Below are positions 1 through 11,481 of a stretch of 64,000 nucleotides of DNA, one piece after another. The notes below the pieces were generated by a model, which saw only the letters and a program-made list of their open reading frames with translations, was not told the DNA's origin and did not search any database. The stretch lies in the NCBI GenBank assembly GCA_963796965.1, contig CAWCNS010000008.1, positions 192,001 to 256,000 of the forward strand, given 5' to 3'. A program made the translations under genes and the position numbers. Numbering within the stretch: the first letter of the stretch is position 1; each line of letters opens with the position of its first letter. This DNA comes from Calditrichia bacterium (GTDB taxonomy: Bacteria > Calditrichota > Calditrichia > JAJRVZ01).

Positions 1-802
1 TCCCACCCAGCAATACAACCAGGATGCCAATGATAGTCATGTATTCTGTAAGAGAATTAAAAAGAGCGTTAAACGTGTAGGTCTTAATTCTGAGATGTCT
101 GTCTTCGAGAATGTATTTATTGAATTTTGTCTTTTTATAGTCTTCTAAGGTAAAAGCACGAATAATTTTTACACCGGCTATTGAATTATGGAATTCTGAA
201 GCAAGTTCAGCGTAATTATTACGAATATCCTGATTCATCTCACCTATTTTTTTACGAAATTTATTATGAATCAGAGCGTATATAGGAATTATAGAAACAG
301 CAATTATACCAAGCGGTAAATTCATTAGTATCAGGATGATAGTAACTGCGACGACAATAAGAATATCCTCTATAAGAAATATAAGTGAATTGGTGGTCAT
401 CATCTCTGTATTCATCACATCATCCAACATGCGGTTCATTATATCACCGGTTGTCGCCCTGTCATAATATCGAAATGATAATAATTGAAAATGTTGCATC
501 AACTTTGTTCGCAGATCGTAAATATAATGATAGCCGAAATGAAGCATGCGATTATTCCGAAATATTAAGGCTCCCATTCTAAGTAAGTACAGTCCGGCTA
601 TAAATAAACAACCATAGATTACAGCATCAAAATTTTTAGCTGGGATATACTCATCGATGATGATCTTGAAAAACCGGGGAAGTGTCATGGCGATAGTTAC
701 CATGACAATCATCATAAAAAAGGCGGTATACATGTATTTCCAGTAAGGACGCGTTGACAGAAGATACCGTTGGAAGGGTGATTTTGTTGAATGTGGTTGC
801 AA
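1..802 (-). CDS. ABC transporter permease/ATP-binding protein (N-terminal ABC_membrane domain; runs off the window edge)
   Basis: Manual translation from TTG at 802: MQPHSTKSPFQRYLLSTRPYW...FFKIIIDEYIP...DLRTKLMQHFQLLSFRYYDRATTGDIMNRMLDDV, typical of an exporter transmembrane domain; not in the ORF track because truncated. Confidence 0.85.
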   Translation of the reverse strand, partial: MQPHSTKSPFQRYLLSTRPYWKYMYTAFFMMIVMVTIAMTLPRFFKIIIDEYIPAKNFDAVIYGCLFIAGLYLLRMGALIFRNNRMLHFGYHYIYDLRTKLMQHFQLLSFRYYDRATTGDIMNRMLDDVMNTEMMTTNSLIFLIEDILIVVAVTIILILMNLPLGIIAVSIIPIYALIHNKFRKKIGEMNQDIRNNYAELASEFHNSIAGVKIIRAFTLEDYKKTKFNKYILEDRHLRIKTYTFNALFNSLTEYMTIIGILVVLLGG

Positions 803-1007
803 TTAGGTTGTCCAACAAATTATTGGTTATTATTCTCGTAATAGTTACAGAGATGCAGAGAAGAGAGAAGAGTGAAAAGAGAAGAGCACGAATAAAACAT
901 TAATTTTCTACTCGCTCTCCTCTCTCTTCCCTCTTCTTTATCTCTGAGTCCTCTATGGCTAAATTATATAGATGGATAGGCATTATAAATAGACTTGGCT
1001 TGCCCTT

Positions 1008-2132
1008 CTAAAAACTTTCCCAATATTCCTCGTTTAATTTATCCCATTCAAATATCGAAACGCCATTTGCACCGGCCTGGTGTGCGTAATTATTTACTGT
1101 CTCCAACTCCCCAGGCGCTAAAAATGGCAGAAATATCCCGGTATAAAGTTCTTTATCATCTGAAATGGCCGCAACCCCCTCGCGCGTTGCCGTTTTGATC
1201 CAGTCAAGCCCCCGGTTATAATACTTATGATAGATCATCGGGAAGAAGGCATCAAGGTCCCATTCCTGCCAATTTTGACGAACCAATTTCCGGGCAATTT
1301 TGGGTGTCGGAAACACAGCAGCAGATATAACCTTGTTTTTTTTCCTGGCAATTTTAGCCATTGCTGATACAATTCGTGTGATATTCTGCTCACGGAAATC
1401 ACGCCAATGCAGATTCTCTGCAGGATCTTTAATCTCACTTGGATCAATTCCACGCAGATCTTTGAATTTTTGTCTGCATACGGAACAATAACAAAAATCA
1501 AATTCAGGCATTTCATGATTTTGAATGAGGTTGTATTTTGGCTGCAAACCAATTGGAAGGATTACATCCGGATAGCGAATATAGTCCAGATGAATCCCAT
1601 CCAAGCCGTCTATCTCTGCGAGTTCGGACACTATGGTTGATAAATATTCTGTTACCTCTTGCCTCGTAGGGCATAACCAGCGATAATAACCAACATAGGG
1701 TGGTGTCTCCAAGGAGGATTCCAAATTTCGATTGACATTAAACCACTCGGGATGCTCTTGTCTGATCTTATCCACATTGCACATAAGAGAAAAGATCCAG
1801 GCATGAATTTCCAGTCCTGCGGATTTAGCAAGGGGAATAAGCTCTTCCAGAAAATGACCATAGGCGGGTAAGAATTGGCTGTTATACAGCGTCTTCCGTC
1901 CATTAAATGACTGAACGAGAATAGCATCAAACCCGGCCTCACTGATCCGGGCAATATTGCCTTCCATATCGGATTTAAAATGACGGTTACCTGGGCTTAA
2001 CCATAGCCAGTTTTTTCCTTCTCCGGATAATTTTTGCCCAGAGGATATCAGGCTATTATAGGCAGAAAATCCATGACCAATGCTCATAAGACTACCAGCA
2101 ACCAAATAACTAAAAAATTCTCTTCTAAACAT
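1008..2132 (-). CDS. Glycoside hydrolase-like family 10 (GHL10/DUF187) protein with Tat-like signal
   Basis: GLEIHAW, DGIHLDYIRYP and QNWQEW motifs; N-terminal FRREFF twin-arginine motif. Confidence 0.8.
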   Translation of the reverse strand: MFRREFFSYLVAGSLMSIGHGFSAYNSLISSGQKLSGEGKNWLWLSPGNRHFKSDMEGNIARISEAGFDAILVQSFNGRKTLYNSQFLPAYGHFLEELIPLAKSAGLEIHAWIFSLMCNVDKIRQEHPEWFNVNRNLESSLETPPYVGYYRWLCPTRQEVTEYLSTIVSELAEIDGLDGIHLDYIRYPDVILPIGLQPKYNLIQNHEMPEFDFCYCSVCRQKFKDLRGIDPSEIKDPAENLHWRDFREQNITRIVSAMAKIARKKNKVISAAVFPTPKIARKLVRQNWQEWDLDAFFPMIYHKYYNRGLDWIKTATREGVAAISDDKELYTGIFLPFLAPGELETVNNYAHQAGANGVSIFEWDKLNEEYWESF

Positions 2133-4088
2133 CTAGTCATTCTCATCTGCTTCGGAAGCACTAACATGGCCTATGACGCGGCCATCATCCTTATGATCCC
2201 GTGTCATGGTTTTTAACCTTCCGAACATAGCCTTTATATCAATAAAACCGCCAATGGTAAACCAAATAGTGACAACCACAGCAAGAGCAATATTGATCAT
2301 GATATAAATATACCAGAAATCCATCCAGGCTTGATCAGATATTTCAACAACCAGACTCAGAATAGTTCCAACTGCAAAAACAAGAAACCATAACACTATC
2401 CATGTATAAGTTGCATAGTAGAGGAACTTATCTCCCTTTGTAAATTCTTTCCCGATACCAAGCATTCTCAGACCTCTGACCGGTTCCGCATTAATAACTT
2501 TGTATTCCTCTTTTATTACATACTTTCCACGATGGAGCAATTTGTCCATATCAAATTCCTGCTTTTTTCCAAGAAGGGAAACCAGAACATATACAATAAT
2601 TGCCGCAACCATGGCGATAAACCAGAAAATCTGCCCATTGATAAAAAAGTTTTCTTCTATTTGGTGGATGATAATTCCACCTACGGCTATACTCGAACCT
2701 GTGATCATGGCGCTCCAGGCAGCAGCCGTGCTGCCCCTTTTCCAATAGAGTCCGCCTATAATCACCGAACCTGATCCACCGGCATAGATGGCACCGGTAA
2801 TGGCGAAAAACATCAGGATATATTCACTTTGTTTAAAAAGAAGACTAAAGAAAAAGATAAAGACGGCTACACCCAGGATTGAAAGGCGCAATAATTTGAT
2901 ATGTTGTTTCGTCGATAATGGTTTTTTGCGCAGGGGCAGGATGACATCCTGAATAAATATACTACCCCAGGAATGCAGATATGTATCATGCGTGCTCACG
3001 AACGCTGCAAGCATTACTGCCACAAATGCACCTATTAAACCGATAGGTAATATTTGTGTCAGAACCAAAGGAACCGTTAATTGGCTTTGCAGAGCCTGAG
3101 ATTCTATTCCTTCAAGAACAGTGCTTACGTTTCCAGCATGCAGGGAAAAATCCGTGTGATTCATAACGGTAAAGGCACATATTGGGATAAGTAATAAGAA
3201 AATGATCTGTGGAATCCCGCGCCAGTTTGTCAACACGGCACCCATCTTTGCCTCGTGTGCGCTTTTGGCAGAAGTATTATATCCCTGAGTACCCTGCCAG
3301 GATAGCACGACATAAATCACCCCAAAGACGCTTATCAAAAAATACCATAAATTAAAATCTTCTGCAGAGCTCGTTTTAAACGGATTGATTAAAGATTCAT
3401 CCGTCGGAGCCTTCTGTAAAGCCTCAAAAATTTGCGAAAAATCAAAATAAAACAAAAAGAAGAAAAGAATGATTACGAATACAATATTTACGAGAGATCC
3501 CTGGATAAAATCGGTGACAATGACGGCAATCTGACCGCCGGCAAATACAAAAAGGAGGGAAATGCTCAGCAGAACCACCATCAGGAAAGCAAAAGTTGAG
3601 ATTCCTATTCCAAATACAAAAAATGTTTCCGGAAGACCTATAAAATAAATAAAAAAGTTTGCCCCAACTGCCGGAAATATGCCAAAATTAATCAAGCCCG
3701 CAAAAAAGGCTAAGATACCTGTAAAAACACGGAAATTACGGCTATAACGCTCCTCAAAGAATTGCGCCATGGTCATGGCCCTGGTTTGCCTGAATCGGTA
3801 GACCACCCAACCGGAAACGGTAATAATCAGTACAACAACAGCCATACTTAATCCCCACCAAGTCATCGGCAAACCGGCCTTGTAGTTCATCTCAAAGTTT
3901 GCCACTATGGTGATGGCACCTAACGCAGCAATCCACTGCCCTACACTAACGAGATAGCGCCCGGCTGTTCTCCCCGCTGCCAAAAAATCGGCAACACTTT
4001 GCATAAACTTTTTACTTATCAAGATCCCACCGCTCATGACGATGAAAATGAATAAAACAATGGCCCAGTCTATCCAGGTTAAATTCAA
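2133..4088 (-). CDS. Sodium:solute symporter family protein
   Basis: N-terminal IDWAIV..., DFLAAGR, many TM helices, GGLYWKR motif. Confidence 0.9.
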   Translation of the reverse strand: MNLTWIDWAIVLFIFIVMSGGILISKKFMQSVADFLAAGRTAGRYLVSVGQWIAALGAITIVANFEMNYKAGLPMTWWGLSMAVVVLIITVSGWVVYRFRQTRAMTMAQFFEERYSRNFRVFTGILAFFAGLINFGIFPAVGANFFIYFIGLPETFFVFGIGISTFAFLMVVLLSISLLFVFAGGQIAVIVTDFIQGSLVNIVFVIILFFFLFYFDFSQIFEALQKAPTDESLINPFKTSSAEDFNLWYFLISVFGVIYVVLSWQGTQGYNTSAKSAHEAKMGAVLTNWRGIPQIIFLLLIPICAFTVMNHTDFSLHAGNVSTVLEGIESQALQSQLTVPLVLTQILPIGLIGAFVAVMLAAFVSTHDTYLHSWGSIFIQDVILPLRKKPLSTKQHIKLLRLSILGVAVFIFFFSLLFKQSEYILMFFAITGAIYAGGSGSVIIGGLYWKRGSTAAAWSAMITGSSIAVGGIIIHQIEENFFINGQIFWFIAMVAAIIVYVLVSLLGKKQEFDMDKLLHRGKYVIKEEYKVINAEPVRGLRMLGIGKEFTKGDKFLYYATYTWIVLWFLVFAVGTILSLVVEISDQAWMDFWYIYIMINIALAVVVTIWFTIGGFIDIKAMFGRLKTMTRDHKDDGRVIGHVSASEADEND

Positions 4089-4297
4089 AACATTCTCCTT
4101 TCTATGGTTTATATTAATTCACAAACCAATAGACCAAATCTTTTTTTCTCGCAAAGGCGCAGAGACGCAAAGAAATTATTTTAATAAATACTAACAAAAT
4201 TTATATTTTGAAAAATCTAATTCTAATAAATTAGAAAAATAGATTTTTTCTCTGCGGCTTTGCGCCTCTGCGAGAGAAAAATATTTCGCACATTTAA

Positions 4298-5386
4298 TCA
4301 TTTTTTCCAGATTTTGCCATCCTGAATGATTACCCAGGATTCACTCTTATCTTCACTCTCCAGGATTGCCTCCCAGGTATGAACTGTCGTACTAATCTTT
4401 GGTGGCCAGATATATCCTTTTACAGTATAATCTGATAATCCCAGTTTATTGATATCGTTAGAATACGTCCCATGCTTGGCCGAATGTGTTTTTTGTCGAT
4501 AATACACCTGACGCAATGCCCACTTGGCATTTTCTTCGGGATTAAATTTAAATTCCGATTTTCCTTCTCCTGCAACTTTATTCGAGAATTGTACAAAACC
4601 CCATAACTCCGGATAATGCATATTGATCACACCCTGAGGTGACCAGACCCAGTTATCTTCCGGAAAGGGCCTGCCCGTTTTTGGATTTATTACTTTTTCA
4701 TATCGGCCATTATCATAATGTGTTTTCCATTCCACCCGCGAAAATCCAACCCGCCATTGATTTCCATCTTCAGGTGGAGATGGTTTGTTGGCCGCTTCTT
4801 TCATCACCTCCCAGGGAATGGCAATCTCCAGATTCCAGCCCTTATCTTTATCTTTTGGATTATTTATGGTACCATGAACCTGAACGGCCGATTTCATTCC
4901 TCTTAGATCCCAGAAGAATAACGGTCTGGCCTCATCACGGTAGGGCTTGTCAAGGAACAGATCCCATTCTGTACTATAAGCATTGATTTCCAATTCATAA
5001 TACTGATGTGTATCTCCGTCCGGATCGATAAAAACCTCAAAGTCATTATCATAAAAAATCACTGTATCCCGTTGCACCAATTTAGCCCAAACATGGGGCT
5101 CTTCCATTTCAGCGAAAACATAGAAGAATTCATCATCCCAGAGCATCTTCGCGCGGGTTTTATAGCGGGGTTCGGGTTTGGAAGGTCCTTCAATATCCAC
5201 AAAATAGTCTGTAAATGCTGCCTCACCCCAACTGGCTTCATCCATTTTCCCATCTATATTGAGTGGTTTATCTGTTCGGTAACACACATATTGTTTTGGC
5301 GCAAAGTCAATAATCGGTTCAGGAAGTGGTTTTTCTTCTGCGGTTAAACAACCGGCTAAAAAAAGTGTCAATAAAATATAGCGCAT
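4298..5386 (-). CDS. Carbohydrate-binding family 9-like lipoprotein
   Basis: Lipobox LAGC; IDGKMDEASW, AKMLWDD, DNDFEVFIDPDGD and DNWVWSPQG motifs. Confidence 0.85.
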   Translation of the reverse strand: MRYILLTLFLAGCLTAEEKPLPEPIIDFAPKQYVCYRTDKPLNIDGKMDEASWGEAAFTDYFVDIEGPSKPEPRYKTRAKMLWDDEFFYVFAEMEEPHVWAKLVQRDTVIFYDNDFEVFIDPDGDTHQYYELEINAYSTEWDLFLDKPYRDEARPLFFWDLRGMKSAVQVHGTINNPKDKDKGWNLEIAIPWEVMKEAANKPSPPEDGNQWRVGFSRVEWKTHYDNGRYEKVINPKTGRPFPEDNWVWSPQGVINMHYPELWGFVQFSNKVAGEGKSEFKFNPEENAKWALRQVYYRQKTHSAKHGTYSNDINKLGLSDYTVKGYIWPPKISTTVHTWEAILESEDKSESWVIIQDGKIWKK

Positions 5387-5752
5387 TTTTTCTACCTCTA
5401 TTTTTAATAACTTTTATGTTTTAAACCGTACAGTTCAGAGTATAAAGTATTAATTCACGCAAAGCCGCCATGATGCAAATTTAGTCCATACCAATATATC
5501 ACAAATTTCACAACATTTGCACGAATTGTCATATTGAACTTGTTTCAGTTATCAGTTATAAACTATACCCTATATAGATTCCGAAATCTTGAAACAAGTT
5601 CAGTGCCAGGCAAGTTCGGAATGACATTCGGATTTAAAATTAACATTTGTGTTTAAAATCTTTTTCTGTCTTTTAGGCTAATCTCTAGCCTTTCTATATC
5701 TACTTTGTGAACTTTGTACTTATTATTTTCTGATTCGTTTTTTATTGATCTG

Positions 5753-8315
5753 CTACTCCGGTGGCTTATCCATATACTCAAAAGCATAATTCAACTCAAG
5801 AGTTTCACCTTTTTTAAGTTCCACGGGTACCGTTTCCAATTCGAGATTAAATAATTCAAATTCCGGTACCCACCAGGTTCTCAACTTTGCGATATATTTA
5901 GGATCATAGGTTTGGAGAATACCAAACTTTGATTTATGATTATAAAAGGCATATTTTCCGCCATCTTTAGCATCAATAAGAAGACGACTATCAGGTCCTT
6001 CGTCATTCACCAGGTTTTTATTGAATACAACCCATTCATTATTATAATAAACATACCCGGTCAGAATATCTGAATCATTCGTAGACGTTGCCGCATCAAA
6101 TTCGGGATGAACGATTATCTGATGGGATTGTGCAGGTCCCCTTTTTTGTCTGATTGATGACTGACAGATTATTTTTTTAGATCCATCTTGAGGTAGACTT
6201 ATTTTACGTGTATAATCAGCCCCGGAAGATAGGTCTCTTTTTAAAATCATTGTGTTATTCTTTATCTTCACCTCAAATGCGGGTTGGGGAGCATTATGAT
6301 CAGGATCCTTTTCCAGCCATTCATCAAACGCACCAAACATCAGGTTATTTTTGAGACCACTGACCAGGTTGCGATTTGTTGGTTTATAATAAATTTCAAC
6401 CATCTTGCCATTATCTTTGTGCATCACGGAGAGGCGCCAAAACTCATTTTCAATCTGTGCAACAGGTATACCTTCAACATATTTTTCACGAAGTGTTTCT
6501 TCGAAATTTGTAAATCTCTTACGTTCATCCGGCATGGTTAGATTATGCTTTTTAGCTGAATTTGATATAGGTCTCCACAACATCACCATATTTTGCCGGA
6601 TACTGTTTGCGCAAGCGGCCATTCGAGATGCTAAATGCTGTTCCTGCTTCTAAAACGGATCGATAGGCAGCAATTGAAACTTTTTCGACACGCTCCCGGA
6701 CAACCTTGTTTTCTGTCTCAGATAAAGCCTCTTGAAAGTAGTCATATATTTTTGCGACATAATCCGGCGTTAATCCCAGTTCTCGCGGAGAAGCAAAACA
6801 TCCGGGATGAATACCTTTCTCCTCTGCTTCGTCATGGATCATTGTCAAATATCTAAGAATTACAGGAGCCGCTTTTCCATAATGTAGTTCGCAGAATTCT
6901 TCCAATTCATCCCATCCATCCCTTTTGGGATCCCAAAGACATCGCGAGATAACATAATTTCGCAGATCACTAAAATCACCGCTGGTGCTGCCTCCATGGG
7001 CCTGGGCAAAAACACCTTTCACACCTTTTTTTGCAAACAAATTGATGTTTTTTCCCACGGCCCGAAGGTTAGGAAAAGGAAGATCATAATAACGAAAATC
7101 AGTCGTATAAGTCCAGATATATAACTGATCGGTAATCTTGCTCCAATCATCTATCTCTGCCATAATTGGTCTGTTCTTTGGACAGTTGGGATCGTCAAGT
7201 GCATGCAATCGACAGGACTCAATGTCAGCAAACTGAATCTGGACGTTTTTTCTTGGTTTAATTGTCGCGGGAGGTTTGCGGGTATACCAGTAAGATAACG
7301 TTCCTACCATTATGTTTGGATACTGTTTCTCGACTTCTTCAGCGATTTTGTTCACAAAAGCCAGATGGGCCCCCATGGGAGAGCCTTCTTTTTTATTAAT
7401 TGCTTCACAATTTTCACAACGGCAATAGGCCGCATTATCATTCTGGCTCACACTGACATTTGCTCTATCGGGATTTTTTTCGATCTCCTCTAAAACCGCC
7501 TGAGTGACAATTTTAATAACATCGGGATTTGTAACACATGGTTCCGGTCCCCCGCCCCACATCTTGGTTTTCCGCTCCCCCCGAACCAGGGCAAAATATT
7601 CCGGATGTTGTTCACCATATTTTTCCACAGGAAGTTGGCGACGCAAACTGTGGTTTACAAGACGCTGGGAGGCGATACCACCCAATTTTTCAGCTTCTGT
7701 CACCGTATTGACACGAAGCCGGGCGGCAAACTCAGGATTAAACTTATTCTCGCCATAATAACTCCAGCGGAAATTAAAAACCGGCTGATATCGAAACTCG
7801 CCGGATGGAAGCGTACGTTCTTTTATATCATCCGGAAAATGGGTATGATCTTTGGTCAGGAACCTGACATCAAGATAGCGTTCAAAAAATTCGTATACCG
7901 CATACAGGGTTCCCCTGGGCCGTCCGCCAGCAAGGGCAATATTATTTCTATCAATTCTGATGCATAATTCCTCTTCCCCAAAATTATCCACAGAAAAACC
8001 AGCAGAACTGCTTTCCATCTGAGGTGAATAACCAATATAGATATGATGTTTATCAGTATGTGGGTCAGATGTAATCGGCAAATTCTGCCCAACAGCTTCC
8101 AAAAAAAGAGAATGGAATTCTTCTGCTGCATACCGTTCGCTGGGTATGGCCTCTTTCGAGACTACAATCTCCCAGTCCGATAGAGAGGCGACAGGGATCC
8201 CATCCTTTAGGCATGAGATACTATTTACAAGAAATAAAATGGATATGAGAAAAAGGATTATGGATTTTAATCCGGAGAATTGTTTAAGAGGCATCATGTG
8301 ATATCCCAAAATCAA
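5753..8315 (-). CDS. DUF4838 domain-containing protein, split by a frameshift near 6555-6560
   Basis: RGTLYAVYEFFE, HPEYFAL, PCVTNP, QNDN...CRCENC motifs; ORFs 6552-8315 and 5753-6622 overlap and read as one protein. Confidence 0.75.
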
Positions 8316-8537
8316 CGATTTGCGAAGAGAAAACTATATATCTGTCAAATGGATTAATTAGGTTGATAAACGGTAGAACTTTTTGTTTTTTTTCAATAAA
8401 TACTAACTGAATCCTGATATTAAAAAATACTAAAGCAATAATCAATAATTATTCATTTAATTATATAAATATCTTGGTGATAAATCAGGGAAATTGTTAG
8501 AAATATGTTTGATATACCGGGATAGTAGTTTCATTTT

Positions 8538-8565
8538 GTAACGACGCGATTAATCGCGTCGCAAC
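8538..8565. repeat. REP-like palindrome GTAACGACGCGATTAATCGCGTCGCAAC
   Basis: Perfect inner palindrome; related copies at 8686-8713, 11152-11179, 57093-57119 and split around the IS1182. Confidence 0.8.
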
Positions 8566-8685
8566 CACAATATAAATGGAAATGAGCGCTTTTTTTCTGA
8601 AACCACCCTTTTGTACCAACACAACAATTCGGACACCCACAATAAAACCAATAGGGATAAAAAGTCCTTTTTTTAAATATCATTT

Positions 8686-8713
8686 GCACCGGCACGATTA
8701 ATCGCGCCGCTAC
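8686..8713. repeat. REP-like palindrome (CGATTAATCG core)
   Basis: gcaccggcacgattaatcgcgccgctac. Confidence 0.75.
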
Positions 8714-8870
8714 CTAAAATGCATCGGAATTGGATAATTTTTTGAATTTTATATTTCCCTTCCCTGACAGAAGATGGGAGAAGTGATGTGTAGAATCTTA
8801 TGATGTTTTTTGGTGAATTTGCGAGCGGCGTTTATTTTTATGTATGGCGGGTTCAGGGGACAAGAGAAAT

Positions 8871-11108
8871 CTATTTTATTACAAACTCAACCTTCTTATC
8901 CGCTTGCCTGGTAGAAATCTTATCCTCGACTGTAATTATTAGTTGGTAGCGGCCATTGTCCCGGTCCTGAAGATCAAGATTGAAGTAAACTTTATCATCA
9001 CGTGTAGTGCCATCATATTCCAATGTCGATATTATTGATTCTTTCTCACCACCAAACAAGTTCCCAAAAAATTCCCCTATCGGTTCGAACAAAGATGTTC
9101 CACTAAGATCATCGATCTTACTTAAAGTCCATTTAATAATAAAATGGGTTCTGTCATTCGGATCATACAACAGGTTATATACTTCAAAATAAAGGCCAAG
9201 ATTTTCCTGTTGTTTAAATGGGGTAAACATGTGTGGGCTATAAATAACATTACCTTTTTTGAAAACCGCTTTACTATTGCCTGTTTTTATTTGTGCCGAA
9301 AGAAGAATATCACTTACCGCCAAAGAATCGTCATGATAATCCGGAATCTGATAGCTATTTTTAAACAGACCGGATTTGGCACTGTTTTCATCCCTCACAT
9401 AAAATTCATAAAAATAATTACCCGGTGGAGCATTAAAGTGTTCCATGCGCATAACAACACTACCCTCCCATGTTTCCTGATCTAATGATATGGGTAATTG
9501 ATCTTCCTTCTTCGCCATAAATACTTTGTTCCATTTATGATCATAAATGCCAATAAATTTTGCAAGCTTCAAATATTTTCGTCTGCCATTAAATTTTAAC
9601 TCAATATCCATTCCCTGAAGACCATAATACAATTCTACATGTGTTTCTCCACTCTCTCCCTTAAAACTTAAAAACTTGAAGGGTACGTTAAGAGGCTCCG
9701 TTTCAATTTTAAAACCAGATGTTTCTGAACGAATCCCTACTTTTGCATATTCTTTATTTTCTTCATCCATGAGTCGATAATACACCAAAAGATCATTGGT
9801 TTCTAAATCTTCATTACGGGTTGGATCGAGAAACATGTAGGGGTTTCCTAATTCCCCACGATTTTCAAAATAGCTGGGCATTGATTCCATCATCCATCCC
9901 CGGGAGGTGCCATGTTGTATAAAATGGAATATCATCTCCGGACGATTATATGTTTTATAATAATGCCAGGAGAAATTCAAAATACAATCCTCACAAAGAT
10001 GGTTTATTCTATTATCAGGTTCTCCATGACGCACATAAATAAGTCCCATATCATCTAAATCCCGGTCTACGGCTAAGGGCTTATATACCAGAGGGCTTAA
10101 AAGGGTATCTCCAATAGTGACGCCATATTTTCTATGTGGGTGGGAAAATTTGTATATCTTAAAATTACTCTTTTTATCTCCGAGATGAATATATCGGCGG
10201 TAATGTTTGCGTGCATAGAAGATTCTGTTGTAATGTTCAGGAATTCGTTTGTTAAAATCATTAGCAAGATGGGGATTTCGTGATCTCCAGAATCGATCAA
10301 AAAACGACCTCATTTGTGAAACATTCAGTCTCTCAAACTCCTCATATTCAATATCAGAAATTATATATTGTATATCCGAAAGAAATAATTTCTTCTCTTG
10401 TACATTTTTTATCGAGTTGACAGCCTGCCAGTAATAGGCAAAGCCTCGCTTTAATTGATCGATCTTAAAACAATTCTTTGCCCTTAAAAGATTTAACTGA
10501 CATATAGAGATTATTAAACCGGGTCGATCCAGGCTATTCAGGATGGCCAGGCTTATTTCAAAATTTCCAAGGTTATAATACAATCGTGCTAAATCAAATC
10601 GAATTTCCATGTTTACCGGGAATCGATCCAAAAGAGTATCTATAACAGATACTGCCCGTCCTTCTTCGCTATTCCAGAAAGCGAAAGCAATAAAGCGCTC
10701 GTATAAATCTTTATTATTCGGATTGTTACGTAATCCCGCCGCCAAAATATTAAAGGCCTCAACCGAAGGTGGTATACTATTTCGCTCCATGAAGAGGGCC
10801 AATTCAATCCAGGCATCCGTTAGTTTAGGATTTAATTTCACCGCTTTGCGTAAATTATCTTCGGCATCTTCGTCTGAGGAATCTTCCTGGAGAGAGACCA
10901 AGGCCAGCCCATAATAGGCCTTGGCAAATGTATCATCTTTCTTTATGATGCTGGAAAATTGAATTTCAGCTGAGTCAGTATTGCCAGCCTGTAAGTGCCT
11001 AAGCCCTAGTTCATAGGAAGCCTGCCACCAGGTGCTGTCTATATCTCCAGCGTAAACGAGCGAGGAAAGGATTATTATAAAAAGGATATGTGAATAGCGA
11101 ATTATCAT
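8871..11108 (-). CDS. TPR-repeat / GWxTD-like domain protein, secreted
   Basis: Signal peptide, N-terminal TPR-like helices, FFDRFWRSRNP...EHYNRI..A, DDMGLIYVRHGEPD, C-terminal LAVSDILL/LYFEVYNL segment. Confidence 0.75.
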   Translation of the reverse strand: MIIRYSHILFIIILSSLVYAGDIDSTWWQASYELGLRHLQAGNTDSAEIQFSSIIKKDDTFAKAYYGLALVSLQEDSSDEDAEDNLRKAVKLNPKLTDAWIELALFMERNSIPPSVEAFNILAAGLRNNPNNKDLYERFIAFAFWNSEEGRAVSVIDTLLDRFPVNMEIRFDLARLYYNLGNFEISLAILNSLDRPGLIISICQLNLLRAKNCFKIDQLKRGFAYYWQAVNSIKNVQEKKLFLSDIQYIISDIEYEEFERLNVSQMRSFFDRFWRSRNPHLANDFNKRIPEHYNRIFYARKHYRRYIHLGDKKSNFKIYKFSHPHRKYGVTIGDTLLSPLVYKPLAVDRDLDDMGLIYVRHGEPDNRINHLCEDCILNFSWHYYKTYNRPEMIFHFIQHGTSRGWMMESMPSYFENRGELGNPYMFLDPTRNEDLETNDLLVYYRLMDEENKEYAKVGIRSETSGFKIETEPLNVPFKFLSFKGESGETHVELYYGLQGMDIELKFNGRRKYLKLAKFIGIYDHKWNKVFMAKKEDQLPISLDQETWEGSVVMRMEHFNAPPGNYFYEFYVRDENSAKSGLFKNSYQIPDYHDDSLAVSDILLSAQIKTGNSKAVFKKGNVIYSPHMFTPFKQQENLGLYFEVYNLLYDPNDRTHFIIKWTLSKIDDLSGTSLFEPIGEFFGNLFGGEKESIISTLEYDGTTRDDKVYFNLDLQDRDNGRYQLIITVEDKISTRQADKKVEFVIK

Positions 11109-11151
11109 AAATAATTAGATAAAATGTATTTTTTATTACTAGGTCGTAAAT

Positions 11152-11179
11152 GGAGCGACGCGATTAATCGCGCCGTTAC
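11152..11179. repeat. REP-like palindrome (CGATTAATCG core)
   Basis: ggagcgacgcgattaatcgcgccgttac. Confidence 0.75.
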
Positions 11180-11481
11180 ATTTACGTGATATGAAAAATA
11201 TTTTTAGCAATATCCACCATAGGTAAAATAGAGTAATTATTTGATATTTAACAACTTAAATACCTCTTGTTATTCCCCATCAGGGAATCCTATTATGTGC
11301 TTTCACCATTCCCGGAGCGTTGCTCCGGGCTTTACTCTTTTTCTCCTTCGGAGAAAGTTTATCAGCCCGATTTTGTTTCTGAGATCTAAACCACTATATA
11401 ATCAGTAAGATATTAAGTGAATTTGAATCCCAATAAAAATACGAAGCAATTCTTCGGCGTTTATTAAGGAGGGATATTATC

